Below, one piece after another: positions 28,339 to 38,108 of a stretch of DNA of 64,000 nucleotides. Each line of letters starts with the position of its first letter. The stretch's first letter is position 1. Made by a program: the position numbers and the translations under genes. The stretch covers positions 29,768 through 93,767 of the forward strand of contig JAPLGM010000025.1 of the NCBI GenBank assembly GCA_026390165.1, read 5' to 3'. Source of the stretch: Campylobacterales bacterium (GTDB lineage: Bacteria > Campylobacterota > Campylobacteria > Campylobacterales > Sulfurimonadaceae). Under the pieces are notes generated by a model. It had not been told where the DNA came from. It saw only the letters and a list, made by a program, of their open reading frames with translations, and did not search any database.

Positions 28339-29576
28339 TGTTATACTATGAAGGGGAGTTCGATACCCAAGAGATTGACCTTGTATGTGTGGAAGAGGGG
28401 TACCGATGTTTAGTCTCTGAGCACGCAGGGGGATTGGTTGGTTATTCTGACTTACCGCAATCATCATTAGTGCTGTGCGATGAGATTACTTCTTCTCTCT
28501 TAACTGAAACAGCTTTGGTTGAAACAATAGCTGTTGTTGGTATCGGCGGCTCAACATTAGGGATCAAAGCAATTGATCGATTGCTTCGTTCCACAACACC
28601 TCATGCTAAAAAAATCGTCTATTTTGAGAATTCGGATCCTGTCAGCATTGCGGAAGAGACAGCTCAACTCAATTATGAAAAAACTCTTTTTATCGTTATT
28701 TCGAAATCAGGGGGGACGGTTGAAACCCTCTCCATCTTCAAGCATCTGATTGCAACGTTTAACATACCGCTGCAAGACTCAAAACAGATCATTATTGTGA
28801 GCGATGATGGTTCCATTCTCAGTCAATTTGCTGATCATTACAGTATTAAACGTTTTGTGATCCCCTCCAATGTAGGGGGGCGATTCTCCGTCCTTAGTGC
28901 GGTGGGCGTTGTCCCTTTACTGTTGGCAGGATTTGATGTGGCTGCAATTTTACGTGGAGCACACTCCTTTGGTGAGCGTTTTTGGGATCGACAAGAAGAT
29001 CATCTTCTTCACAAAGCGGCGTTTTACGTGGCAAATGCTAAGAATCATCCCATTAATGTCCTCTTCTCTTATTCTGACCGATTTGAAGAGTTCGGAAAAT
29101 GGGTTGTCCAATTGTGGGGTGAATCATTGGGCAAGAAAAACCAAGAGGGGGAAAGAGTAGGGTTAACCCCCATTTCTCTTATTGGTTCCGTTGATCAGCA
29201 CTCATTTCTTCAGCTTATTATTGAGGGGCCTCTTAATAAAACGGTTACCTTTATGAGCGTTAAGCATTCTAATGAGACATTGATGATCCCCGAAATGAAT
29301 CTTCCATTCTTAGAAAAAAGTGATTTTGTGAATGGAAAATCTTTTGATACGTTGATTAACGCCCAATGCCACGCGACAATGCAAAGCGTCGCGCAAAGCG
29401 GTGTGAGTGTTGATGAAATTATTTGGGAGTCTGTTGATGAAGTATCCGTAGGGGAGATGATACTATATTATGAACTTCTTACCTCGGCTAGTGGAGCATT
29501 ATTGGAAATTGATACCTATAACCAACCAGGGGTAGAGCTCGGAAAGCAGATATTACAAACCTATTTTAACCATTAA
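28338..29576 (+). CDS. pgi: Glucose-6-phosphate isomerase
   Basis: GIGGS, SKSGGT, VGGRFS, QLWGESLGK and YNQPGVELGK motifs. Start placed at the TAATG overlap with gap. Confidence 0.93.
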   Translation: MLYYEGEFDTQEIDLVCVEEGYRCLVSEHAGGLVGYSDLPQSSLVLCDEITSSLLTETALVETIAVVGIGGSTLGIKAIDRLLRSTTPHAKKIVYFENSDPVSIAEETAQLNYEKTLFIVISKSGGTVETLSIFKHLIATFNIPLQDSKQIIIVSDDGSILSQFADHYSIKRFVIPSNVGGRFSVLSAVGVVPLLLAGFDVAAILRGAHSFGERFWDRQEDHLLHKAAFYVANAKNHPINVLFSYSDRFEEFGKWVVQLWGESLGKKNQEGERVGLTPISLIGSVDQHSFLQLIIEGPLNKTVTFMSVKHSNETLMIPEMNLPFLEKSDFVNGKSFDTLINAQCHATMQSVAQSGVSVDEIIWESVDEVSVGEMILYYELLTSASGALLEIDTYNQPGVELGKQILQTYFNH

Positions 29577-29592
29577 GATAGCTCCCCTTGCC

Positions 29593-31041
29593 CTAGGCGT
29601 GTAGGGCAATGTCGGCTTCTGATTCTCTATTTAGATTGTCCATAAGATCAAAGAGTTGTGAGCTAGCCTCTTCCATTGATTTGAAATTAGATAACACTTC
29701 CTCTTTATGTTCTATAGAACGGTCGCTATGCTCCACAAAATGTAAATTAGCGTACACTTTAGTGTGAATAGTTTCATGGGGCTGCGCCATGCTTCTATAA
29801 CTAGGCAGATGTGAGAAACGCTCTTTTCCTGCACCCGTATCATACCATCTACCTAAACGGCAATCGTGATGAGAGGAAAAGCTATTCTCAATCTGACCGT
29901 TAACGACGGCTTTATATGCATTGGATTTAAACATAATATGATCAATTTTTGCCAAAGTAATAAACGTTGTATTTTCAATCGCTGTTGTTTGTACGGCAGC
30001 TTTTTTAGCCTCTTCATTAAAGGTGTGTAAAGTATGACGAAATGTGTCAATGGATTGACTTGACTCGTTGGCAATTTCATCCATTGTTTCGGAATTGGAG
30101 TGAATCTCCGTCGTCTCTTGTTGAAGGGTTTGAATAGCAATAGCAATTTCACCTGTTGCTTTTCCTGTTCGTTCTGCAAGTTTTCGTACTTCATCGGCAA
30201 CGACGGCAAACCCTCGCCCATGCTCACCAGCGCGAGCCGCTTCAATGGCAGCATTGAGGGCGAGCAGATTGGTTTGATCGGCTATATCTTTGATTAGATT
30301 GACTACTGAGGTAATCTCATTTGTTTTTTCATTAAGGGAGTTGATTGCATTTGCGGATATTTGAACCAATTCGATTAAGCGGGTAAGTTTAAGGTTGATC
30401 TCTTCAAGTTCAGCAACCGATTCTGAGGAGCTCTCAGAGGTATTTTGACTAATTCTAGCAATTGAATGGAGCCGTTGAATGGTATTTTGAAGATCCCCTT
30501 GAATAACATCCAGCCCTCCGCCAACACCGGAGCCTATTTTACCGATAGCATTGTTGAGGATGGACTTTTGCATGTACAAATAACTGGTGTGCATGGATAA
30601 AATTGCTTTGTTAACAAATTCACTTGCCTCTTTATATTCCCCATGAAGCCCTTGGGTAAGAATGTGGCGATAGTATTGATTTTGGCTTGCGGCTTCAACG
30701 CTTGCACGTATTTCGCGGATAAAAATCTCGTTTTGATCAAGCATATTATTGGTGTTCCAGCAGAGATCATGAATCTCTCCTTGGTCTTCAATATGGGTTA
30801 TTCGTCCCTCCAAGCACCCCTTTTCAGCTGCTTTAACCACGGTAGCTACTTCGTGAATCATCTCTCTTGTTTTACGAATATGGAGAAAAATAAACCATGC
30901 TATGGCAAAGTTAGCAACATTAAGAAGTCGTATCCAACTCCAACCATCGAGTATGGTTTCAATAATTAAGGCAATCACAAACAATGTGATGGAGATAATA
31001 TTGGCGTATTGAACTTTAGAGAGTGAGGATAAATTCGTCAT
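29593..31041 (-). CDS. Methyl-accepting chemotaxis protein (CetA-like, with C-terminal CZB domain)
   Basis: Closely spaced N-terminal TMs, the [29 protein letters not shown] signature and a CZB motif (H..CRLGRWY...H). Start placed at ATG 31041. Confidence 0.9.
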   Translation of the reverse strand: MTNLSSLSKVQYANIISITLFVIALIIETILDGWSWIRLLNVANFAIAWFIFLHIRKTREMIHEVATVVKAAEKGCLEGRITHIEDQGEIHDLCWNTNNMLDQNEIFIREIRASVEAASQNQYYRHILTQGLHGEYKEASEFVNKAILSMHTSYLYMQKSILNNAIGKIGSGVGGGLDVIQGDLQNTIQRLHSIARISQNTSESSSESVAELEEINLKLTRLIELVQISANAINSLNEKTNEITSVVNLIKDIADQTNLLALNAAIEAARAGEHGRGFAVVADEVRKLAERTGKATGEIAIAIQTLQQETTEIHSNSETMDEIANESSQSIDTFRHTLHTFNEEAKKAAVQTTAIENTTFITLAKIDHIMFKSNAYKAVVNGQIENSFSSHHDCRLGRWYDTGAGKERFSHLPSYRSMAQPHETIHTKVYANLHFVEHSDRSIEHKEEVLSNFKSMEEASSQLFDLMDNLNRESEADIALHA

Positions 31042-31510
31042 AAGAGAGCCCTTTGTCATGTAGCAATTGGTAAAGCGCTGCTTCGGATGAGGAAACTCCT
31101 CCACTGCGCTCTTTTTGAAGTAATGAAGCGTAAAGAGGTTTAATAACCTGTAATGCTTTTTCAGTAGGTTTCCGTCGTACGGAGTGATAGTTACTGATTT
31201 TTCGATTTGCATCAAAGGAGGGTGTTACATGGGCAAATACCCAGTAAAAATCACCGTTTTTTGTTTTATTTTTGACGTAGGCAAAAATCTCTTTCCCCTC
31301 TCTAATACGATTCCATAGGAGCTTGAAAACAACTGCAGGCATTTCAGGGTGCCTGAGAATATTATGGGGCTGATTAATTAGCTCTTGCTCTCTGTATCCT
31401 GATATTTCTATAAACAGGGCATTCCCATACGTAATCTTCCCCTCCAAATCAGTTTTGGAGACAATAAAATCTTCTTTTCCAAAGCTTAACTCTTGATTTG
31501 CCATGCGCAT
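31016..31510 (-). CDS. Stand-alone PAS (Aer/CetB-like) sensor
   Basis: [26 protein letters not shown] and [14 protein letters not shown] motifs of the FAD-binding Aer PAS domain. Confidence 0.9.
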   Translation of the reverse strand: MRMANQELSFGKEDFIVSKTDLEGKITYGNALFIEISGYREQELINQPHNILRHPEMPAVVFKLLWNRIREGKEIFAYVKNKTKNGDFYWVFAHVTPSFDANRKISNYHSVRRKPTEKALQVIKPLYASLLQKERSGGVSSSEAALYQLLHDKGLSYDEFILTL

Positions 31511-31545
31511 CCTCTTCTATAAATAAATACAATAAACGGTTTATG

Positions 31546-32898
31546 TTAGTCTAACAGCCATATTCTAAAAACTTTCCCTTTTATGGGACGTTTCGTGATT
31601 TTTTTGTGGGTAGCTTCGGCTACTTCTCTAGGAATTGCTACATAGCTAAGATGGTCAAGTTGATCAATTTTACCAATTTGATCGCTAGTCAATCCACCCT
31701 CATGGATCAATGCCCCCACAATATCACCCGCACGTAATTTCTCTTTTTTCCCTGCATCAATACAGATCGTTTGCATTGGTGTAGTTATAGCGTGAGAATT
31801 CCGAAGGTGTGGCAAGTCTTGTAGCTCTACATTACGATCAAGGGAGTGAAATGAATCGATTTGATGAGAGCTCACAAGAGTGATGGCAGTTCCATCCATC
31901 CCTGCACGTCCTGTTCGACCAATACGATGGATATAGCGATCCAGTTGCTGGGGAACATCGTAGTTGATGATAGCATCAAGCCCTTCGATGTCAATACCAC
32001 GCCCAGCAACATCGGTTGCTACAAGGAGGGGCGCACTTCCATTGCGAAACTGGATAATCGCTTCATTACGATCAAACTGCTCCATATCTCCATGTAGCGC
32101 TATGGCATGGATACCGGCATAGTTAAGGGTTTCACACAATTCGGATGCTACAACTTTAGTATTACAAAAAATAATCGCATTGCTAAGGTTATGGTGACGA
32201 AGTACAGTATTTAAAGCGGATGTTTTATCATTGACAACGTAGGCAATTTCGGTAATAGCAGGAGCTTTTTCACTTGTGTGAGTTTTTACAAAAGCAGGGT
32301 TATTTGTCAGCTTTGCTGAAAGTTCTTTAATCGATTCAGGATAGGTGGCTGAAAAGAGAAGCGTTTGTTTGGGGGAGGGTAAAAAGGCAAAAATAGCTTC
32401 AATATCGTCGATAAATCCCATGTCCACCATTTGATCCGCTTCGTCCAAAACGCTGAGTGCGCATGATTTTAGATCAAGGTCGTCCATCGTTAAAAGTTTG
32501 AGAACCCGCCCTGGTGTTCCGACAATAATATGGGCTCCATGGGTCAATGAATGACGTTGCGCTTTCATCGGAACACCACCGCATAGGGTGAGAAGTTTGA
32601 TATTTCCGATGTCCGAAGCACACGAACGGATCACTTTGGCAACTTGTTCAGCGAGTTCACGCGTCGGACACAAAACCAGTGCTTGAGCAGCAAAATATCG
32701 CGGATTTACGTTTTGTAAAATCCCCAAAGCAAAAGCCAATGTTTTACCGCTTCCAGTAGAGGCTTGGGCAACAATATCAGACCCTTTTAAAATAACAGGG
32801 AGCGATTGCGCTTGTATGGGGGTCATAGTGTTGAAATTTAACCGTTTTAACGCGGTTTGCAATGGAGCATGAAGAGGTAGGGAGGTAAAAGAGGACAT
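31546..32898 (-). CDS. dbpA: ATP-dependent RNA helicase DbpA
   Basis: GSGKT, DEAD, SAT and HRIGRTGR motifs plus the C-terminal DbpA RNA-binding domain (GKKEKLRAGDIVGAL). Confidence 0.93.
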   Translation of the reverse strand: MSSFTSLPLHAPLQTALKRLNFNTMTPIQAQSLPVILKGSDIVAQASTGSGKTLAFALGILQNVNPRYFAAQALVLCPTRELAEQVAKVIRSCASDIGNIKLLTLCGGVPMKAQRHSLTHGAHIIVGTPGRVLKLLTMDDLDLKSCALSVLDEADQMVDMGFIDDIEAIFAFLPSPKQTLLFSATYPESIKELSAKLTNNPAFVKTHTSEKAPAITEIAYVVNDKTSALNTVLRHHNLSNAIIFCNTKVVASELCETLNYAGIHAIALHGDMEQFDRNEAIIQFRNGSAPLLVATDVAGRGIDIEGLDAIINYDVPQQLDRYIHRIGRTGRAGMDGTAITLVSSHQIDSFHSLDRNVELQDLPHLRNSHAITTPMQTICIDAGKKEKLRAGDIVGALIHEGGLTSDQIGKIDQLDHLSYVAIPREVAEATHKKITKRPIKGKVFRIWLLD

Positions 32899-32940
32899 GG
32901 TGTTGCTTTAATAAGTAGATGTGTAATTATAGCACATCTA

Positions 32941-32968
32941 CGTCATTCCCGCGAAAGCGGGAATCCAG
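32941..32968. repeat. dRS3-like palindromic repeat CGTCATTCCCGCGAAAGCGGGAATCCAG
   Basis: ATTCCC-N8-GGGAAT core, located just after the acnB stop. Confidence 0.7.
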
Positions 32969-32976
32969 CTTAAAAT

Positions 32977-35586
32977 TTAAACTGCTTTAATCGTTACGCC
33001 GTATTTCTCTTGAGCAACATCACGTGCTTGGAGTTTGTAGTTAGCAATCTCATTAAAGTTGAGATATTTATAAACATCTGCTTCTTTTCCCGCGAGTTTT
33101 GAAGGAACGATACTCATATACTCTTCTACGGTTGGGATACGTCCAAGTTTTGCACATACAGACGCTAGCTCGGCACTACCAAGATAAACTTGTGTCCCTT
33201 TTCCTAGACGGTTGTCGAAGTTACGAGTAGAAGTTGAGAAGACCGTTGAACCCTCACGTGAGCTTGCTTGGTTCCCCATACACAATGAACACCCTGGAAC
33301 TTCCGTTTGCGCTTCTATAGCGTTATAAACGTCATAATACCCTTCGTTGATAAGTTGTTGCTCATCCATGCGTGTTGGTGGGACAATCCAGAATTTCTCA
33401 ACAGCAATTTTACCTTCACCGCGCATTACTTCACCCGCTGCACGGTAGTGACCAATATTGGTCATACAGCTTCCCAAAAATACTTCGTTAATCGCAGTTC
33501 CTGCAACTTCACTGAGCAATTTAACATTATCAGGATCATTTGGACATGCCAAAATCGGCTCTGTGATCTCGTTCAAATCGATTTCGATAACAGCTGCATA
33601 CTCAGCATCCGCATCCGCAGACATCAATGATGGAGCAGCTAACCACTCTTTCATTTTGTCAGCACGGCGTTGGAGAGTACGTGCATCTTCATAGCCGTCT
33701 GCAATCATTGCTTCAATAAGGGCAACGTTTGATTTGAGGTATTCGATAACGGGTTCTTCATTAAGATGAACCGTACATGCTGCCGCTGAACGTTCAGCTG
33801 ACGCATCGGAAAGCTCGAATGCTTGTTCCACTTTCATTGTTGGTAGCCCTTCGATTTCCAAAACTCGTCCGTTGAAAATATTTTTCTTACCTTTTTTCTC
33901 AACGGTCAAAAGACCCGCTTTGATGGCATAATATGGAATAGCATTTACAAGGTCACGCAATGTGATTCCCGCTTGCATCTCTCCCTTAAAACGTACCAAA
34001 ACAGATTCAGGCATTTCAAGAGGCATAGCACCTGTTACCGCTGCAAATGCAACAAGTCCAGAACCTGCAGGAAAACTCACACCAATAGGGAAACGAGTAT
34101 GGCTATCACCACCTGTTCCAACGGTATCAGGAAGTACCATACGATTTAACCATGAGTGGATAACACCATCAGCAGGACGAAGAGCAACACCGCTACGCGT
34201 AGAGATAAATGCAGGCAACGTTGCATGCAAAATTACGTCGGAAGGTTTTGGATAGGCGGCTGTGTGACAGAACGATTGAAGAACGAAATCAGCCGAGAAA
34301 CCAAGGGCAGAAAGCTCTTTGATCTCATCACGTGTCATAGGTCCTGTTGTATCTTGGCTCCCTACCGTAGACGTGTGTGGTTCGCAGTACATACCGGGGC
34401 GCACACCTTCCATGCCACACGCCTTACCAACCATTTTTTGAGCAAGAGTATACCCTTTACCGCTATTGGCAGGTTGGATTGGTTGAGCAAAAATCGTAGC
34501 AGGTTCCATTCCAAGAGCGGTACGTGCTTTTGCTGTCAAACCGCGACCAATGATAAGGGGAATACGTCCGCCTGCACGTACTTCATCTTCGATGGTATTG
34601 GGACGAAGGTTGAAGGTTGCGATAACAGTACCGTCTTTTGTAATCGTTCCTGCACGCGTATCAATATCGAGAAGATCACCCGTTTCCATAGAAGAAACAT
34701 CGGCTTCGATAGGAAGTGCGCCTGAATCTTCACAGGTTGCAAAGAAAATCGGAGCAATAATACTACCGATGACGACACCGCCGGTACGTTTATTAGGGAT
34801 TCCTGGAATATCATCACCCATGTGCCATTGAACCGAGTTTGCAGCAGATTTACGGCTTGAACCGGTTCCGACGACATCGCCGACGTAAGCAATTTGCATC
34901 CCTTTTTCTTTAAGTTCAGCAATTTTTGCAAGACCTTCCGGCATTTTTGCCGCAAGCATAGTCGTTGCGTGCAATGGAATATCCGAACGGGTAAAAGCAG
35001 CACTCGCCGGTGAGAGATCATCGGTATTGGTTTCCCCCGGGAATTTGAAGACAACAACGCTGAATTTGTCCGCTAAAACAGGTTTAGAGGTAAACCACTG
35101 CGCATCCGCCCATGATTGAAGTACCTCTTTTGCATAAGTATTTGTATTTGCTAGCTCAACAATATCATTGAATGCGTCATAGACAAGAAGGGTATGTTTG
35201 AGTTCATTCGCCGCGTCTTGAGCCAATCCATCAATAGCAAGGGCATCAATAAGAGGTTTAACATTATAACCACCGACCATTTTTCCAAGAATTTTGATCG
35301 CCGCTTTTTTGTGATCATCGCTGTTGATGTCACTGTTATCAGCTAAAAACGCTTTTATTTGCCCTTGAACCACTTGGTGCAAAAATGCTGCTTTGACGTG
35401 TGCACCATCATCGACACCTGGATTGACACGTTCTGCCAACATCGTGACCAATTCGTTGTTTTTTGCAGATTCTGCAGTGATTAACGCTACAAGATCAGTC
35501 ACTTGTTCTTTTGTGAGGGGAAGAGGAGGGATTCCTTGCGCTGTGCGCTGCGCTACGTGTGCTGTGTATTCGTCCATAAAAGCCAT
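32977..35586 (-). CDS. acnB: Aconitate hydratase B
   Basis: N-terminal HEAT domain, [22 protein letters not shown] and [10 protein letters not shown] motifs. Confidence 0.97.
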   Translation of the reverse strand: MAFMDEYTAHVAQRTAQGIPPLPLTKEQVTDLVALITAESAKNNELVTMLAERVNPGVDDGAHVKAAFLHQVVQGQIKAFLADNSDINSDDHKKAAIKILGKMVGGYNVKPLIDALAIDGLAQDAANELKHTLLVYDAFNDIVELANTNTYAKEVLQSWADAQWFTSKPVLADKFSVVVFKFPGETNTDDLSPASAAFTRSDIPLHATTMLAAKMPEGLAKIAELKEKGMQIAYVGDVVGTGSSRKSAANSVQWHMGDDIPGIPNKRTGGVVIGSIIAPIFFATCEDSGALPIEADVSSMETGDLLDIDTRAGTITKDGTVIATFNLRPNTIEDEVRAGGRIPLIIGRGLTAKARTALGMEPATIFAQPIQPANSGKGYTLAQKMVGKACGMEGVRPGMYCEPHTSTVGSQDTTGPMTRDEIKELSALGFSADFVLQSFCHTAAYPKPSDVILHATLPAFISTRSGVALRPADGVIHSWLNRMVLPDTVGTGGDSHTRFPIGVSFPAGSGLVAFAAVTGAMPLEMPESVLVRFKGEMQAGITLRDLVNAIPYYAIKAGLLTVEKKGKKNIFNGRVLEIEGLPTMKVEQAFELSDASAERSAAACTVHLNEEPVIEYLKSNVALIEAMIADGYEDARTLQRRADKMKEWLAAPSLMSADADAEYAAVIEIDLNEITEPILACPNDPDNVKLLSEVAGTAINEVFLGSCMTNIGHYRAAGEVMRGEGKIAVEKFWIVPPTRMDEQQLINEGYYDVYNAIEAQTEVPGCSLCMGNQASSREGSTVFSTSTRNFDNRLGKGTQVYLGSAELASVCAKLGRIPTVEEYMSIVPSKLAGKEADVYKYLNFNEIANYKLQARDVAQEKYGVTIKAV

Positions 35587-35717
35587 GGGGACTCCTGCAA
35601 AATTTAGTTGAATGATTATAGCGAAAGAGTGAGATGAATTTTACGTAGTGTTACCAAAGTAAACATTTGTTTGGATTACTTTGGATATTGGTGTGTAATT
35701 TTGAAACATATTGGATA

Positions 35718-37985
35718 TTATTGCGTAATAAGCTCCCGATTTCCTTTGGCATTTGGGGCAGAGAGAACACCATTTTGCTCCAACTGCTCAATCAATGTAG
35801 CCGAACGGTTGTAGCCAATTTGAAGTCGTCGTTGCAAATAGCTGATAGAGGTTTTTTGTTCGGTAATGATAATATTTTTTGCCTCTTGATAGAGCTCATC
35901 AAGAGGTTTTTCATTCTCTTCACCGGCCCCATTTTTGACCACTTCGGCTTTGTCCCGTAAAAATCGGCGATCGTATTCCGGCTCCCGTTGTGCTTTGAGA
36001 AATTCGACAATTTTTTCAATCTCCTCTTCACTGCTCCATGGGGCGTGAAGACGTACAAGCCCGCTCATGCCGGGAGGGGTGAAGAGCATATCGCCACGGC
36101 CGAGTAACGATTCGGCCCCCATTGCATCGAGAATGATTTTACTGTCGATTTTTTGTCCCACTTTGTAGCTGATACGGGAGGGGAGGTTGGCTTTGATAAG
36201 CCCTGTTACAACATCAACACTGGGACGTTGGGTAGCAACGATGAGATGGATACCACTTGCGCGTGCCATTTGGGCCAGTCGTGCTATTGAGTATTCCACA
36301 TCTTTCCCACTGGTCATCATCAAGTCTGCAAGCTCATCAATAATAACAACAATATAGGGGAGCTCCTCACCCCCTTCATGCTTCATTTTTTCATTAAAGT
36401 TTTCAATATTTTTGGTACGGGTTTCGCTCATCATTTGGTAGCGTCGTTCCATTTCGTAGACCATATTGTTAAGTGCGGCAATTGCCTCTTTTGGTTTGGT
36501 GATAACGGGGGTTAATAGGTGGGGAATGTCATTGTAAATAGAAAATTCAAGCATTTTTGGGTCAATCATCAGAAGTCTGAGTTGATCGGGGGAGTTTTTA
36601 TAGAGCAAACTCAAAATCATGGCGTTGATTCCGACACTTTTACCGCTTCCCGTTGTCCCTGCGATGAGAAGATGGGGAAGTTTTTTGAGATCGGTAATAA
36701 ACGGTTTTCCGACAATATCTTTACCCAAAACAAGGGTAAGGGGAGAGGATGCCTCTTGGAAAAGCTTGCTCTCAAAAATATCGCGTAGATAAATCGTATC
36801 CACACTTTTGTTGGGAATTTCTATCCCTACGACGTCTTTACCCGGAATAGGGGCTTGGATACGGATGGTTTGCGCTTTGAGTGCCATTGCTAGATCATCT
36901 TGGAGCCCTAAAATTTTTGAGACTTTGATATTGGCAGCGGGTTTAAATTCAAAAGTAGAGACAACGGGACCCGCGTAGGTACGGACGACATCCCCATCGA
37001 TATTGAAGTGGGACAATTTTTCGATTAAATCACGAATCTTATCGTCCAATTCTGCCTCATCGACCACATTTTGTTTTTTAGGTGGGTATTGTAAAAAGCT
37101 CGTAGGGGGAAGTTTGAAATTTTTGGGTTTTTCACTTGCTCCACGGTCGATTTGATCGAGTAAAATTTTGTTCTCTTCGAGTTCTTCGACTACGACAGCC
37201 GATTGTTTCGTCTCTTTGACTTTTTTTGCCATGCTCACAATGGTAGATTCTTTTTTTTCTGGTTGTATTTCGGGAACAGTTATGATGGGTTCTGATTCCA
37301 GTTCTAATTCTTTTGGGTCACGTGAAATACTCTCTTTTTTCTCAACAATGACACTTTGTTCCACAACGGTTGCGGGTGGATGAATAGGGTAATGAACTTC
37401 GGAAGGTGCTAGATCAAAGGGGGCTTCACCCGCCCATGAGGGTTGTGTGTAGGGCTCGTACGATGGAGCTTCTTGAGCGTTTGATAATTCTAAAGGTACT
37501 GCATTTACAGAAATAGAGAGTGTACTGGATTTGGGTGTCGTTTGTTTGATAGGTGTTTGTTTAAGGGTAGTGAGGGGTTTTGCCATATACGCTTTGAACG
37601 GTTTTAGAAGTTCCCCCAGAGATTGTTCAAGGACGATAATCATTGAGACCGCCATAATCATCAGCCACGTAACCCACAATCCGAAACTTCCAATATAGAT
37701 ACTTAAAAAATCGGCAATGATACTTCCAAAACGTCCACGAAATTCCCCCTCAACAATCATCGCTTGAAAAAGGAGGAGAGCGAAAAAGAGGAGGGTGAAA
37801 ATCCCCCCCATTTCCAATCGCCGTTTAAGGTCGCTTTGCCCTTTGTAAAAGTAAAAAAGAGGAACCATAAGAAGAAGTAGATACATGTAAGCAACATATC
37901 CAAACGCAGTGACATTCGCTGCTGCAAAACCAGCTCCATACGCCCCAATAATAGAAGCATCCCCAATGACGGTTGCTATCCCCAA
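35718..37985 (-). CDS. ftsK: DNA translocase FtsK (true start possibly ATT at 38033)
   Basis: N-terminal TMs, GTTGSGKS, IIDELADLMM and a C-terminal gamma domain (LQRRLQIGYNR). Confidence 0.95.
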   Translation of the reverse strand: MGIATVIGDASIIGAYGAGFAAANVTAFGYVAYMYLLLLMVPLFYFYKGQSDLKRRLEMGGIFTLLFFALLLFQAMIVEGEFRGRFGSIIADFLSIYIGSFGLWVTWLMIMAVSMIIVLEQSLGELLKPFKAYMAKPLTTLKQTPIKQTTPKSSTLSISVNAVPLELSNAQEAPSYEPYTQPSWAGEAPFDLAPSEVHYPIHPPATVVEQSVIVEKKESISRDPKELELESEPIITVPEIQPEKKESTIVSMAKKVKETKQSAVVVEELEENKILLDQIDRGASEKPKNFKLPPTSFLQYPPKKQNVVDEAELDDKIRDLIEKLSHFNIDGDVVRTYAGPVVSTFEFKPAANIKVSKILGLQDDLAMALKAQTIRIQAPIPGKDVVGIEIPNKSVDTIYLRDIFESKLFQEASSPLTLVLGKDIVGKPFITDLKKLPHLLIAGTTGSGKSVGINAMILSLLYKNSPDQLRLLMIDPKMLEFSIYNDIPHLLTPVITKPKEAIAALNNMVYEMERRYQMMSETRTKNIENFNEKMKHEGGEELPYIVVIIDELADLMMTSGKDVEYSIARLAQMARASGIHLIVATQRPSVDVVTGLIKANLPSRISYKVGQKIDSKIILDAMGAESLLGRGDMLFTPPGMSGLVRLHAPWSSEEEIEKIVEFLKAQREPEYDRRFLRDKAEVVKNGAGEENEKPLDELYQEAKNIIITEQKTSISYLQRRLQIGYNRSATLIEQLEQNGVLSAPNAKGNRELITQ

Positions 37986-38108
37986 ATAAAACAGCAGCCC
38001 AAAACCACCAATAAAAAGTACATCGCGTAAAATAGGAGATCCTTAAGAGTAAAAAATAGTGTGGATTATAACAAAAAAAGGGCTCTTAACCCTTTTTATT
38101 GCATTTTG

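Noticed and set aside
33307-35611. Alternative-frame and antisense ORFs over acnB, and similar ones over ppsA, nifE, the kinases and others
   Set aside because: They are shadow ORFs of well-supported genes, with no RBS or recognisable motifs.
35654-35684. CCAAAGTAA-N13-TTACTTTGG between ftsK and acnB as a regulator site
   Set aside because: It is a single instance, equally explained as an ftsK 3' hairpin, and no family can be assigned.
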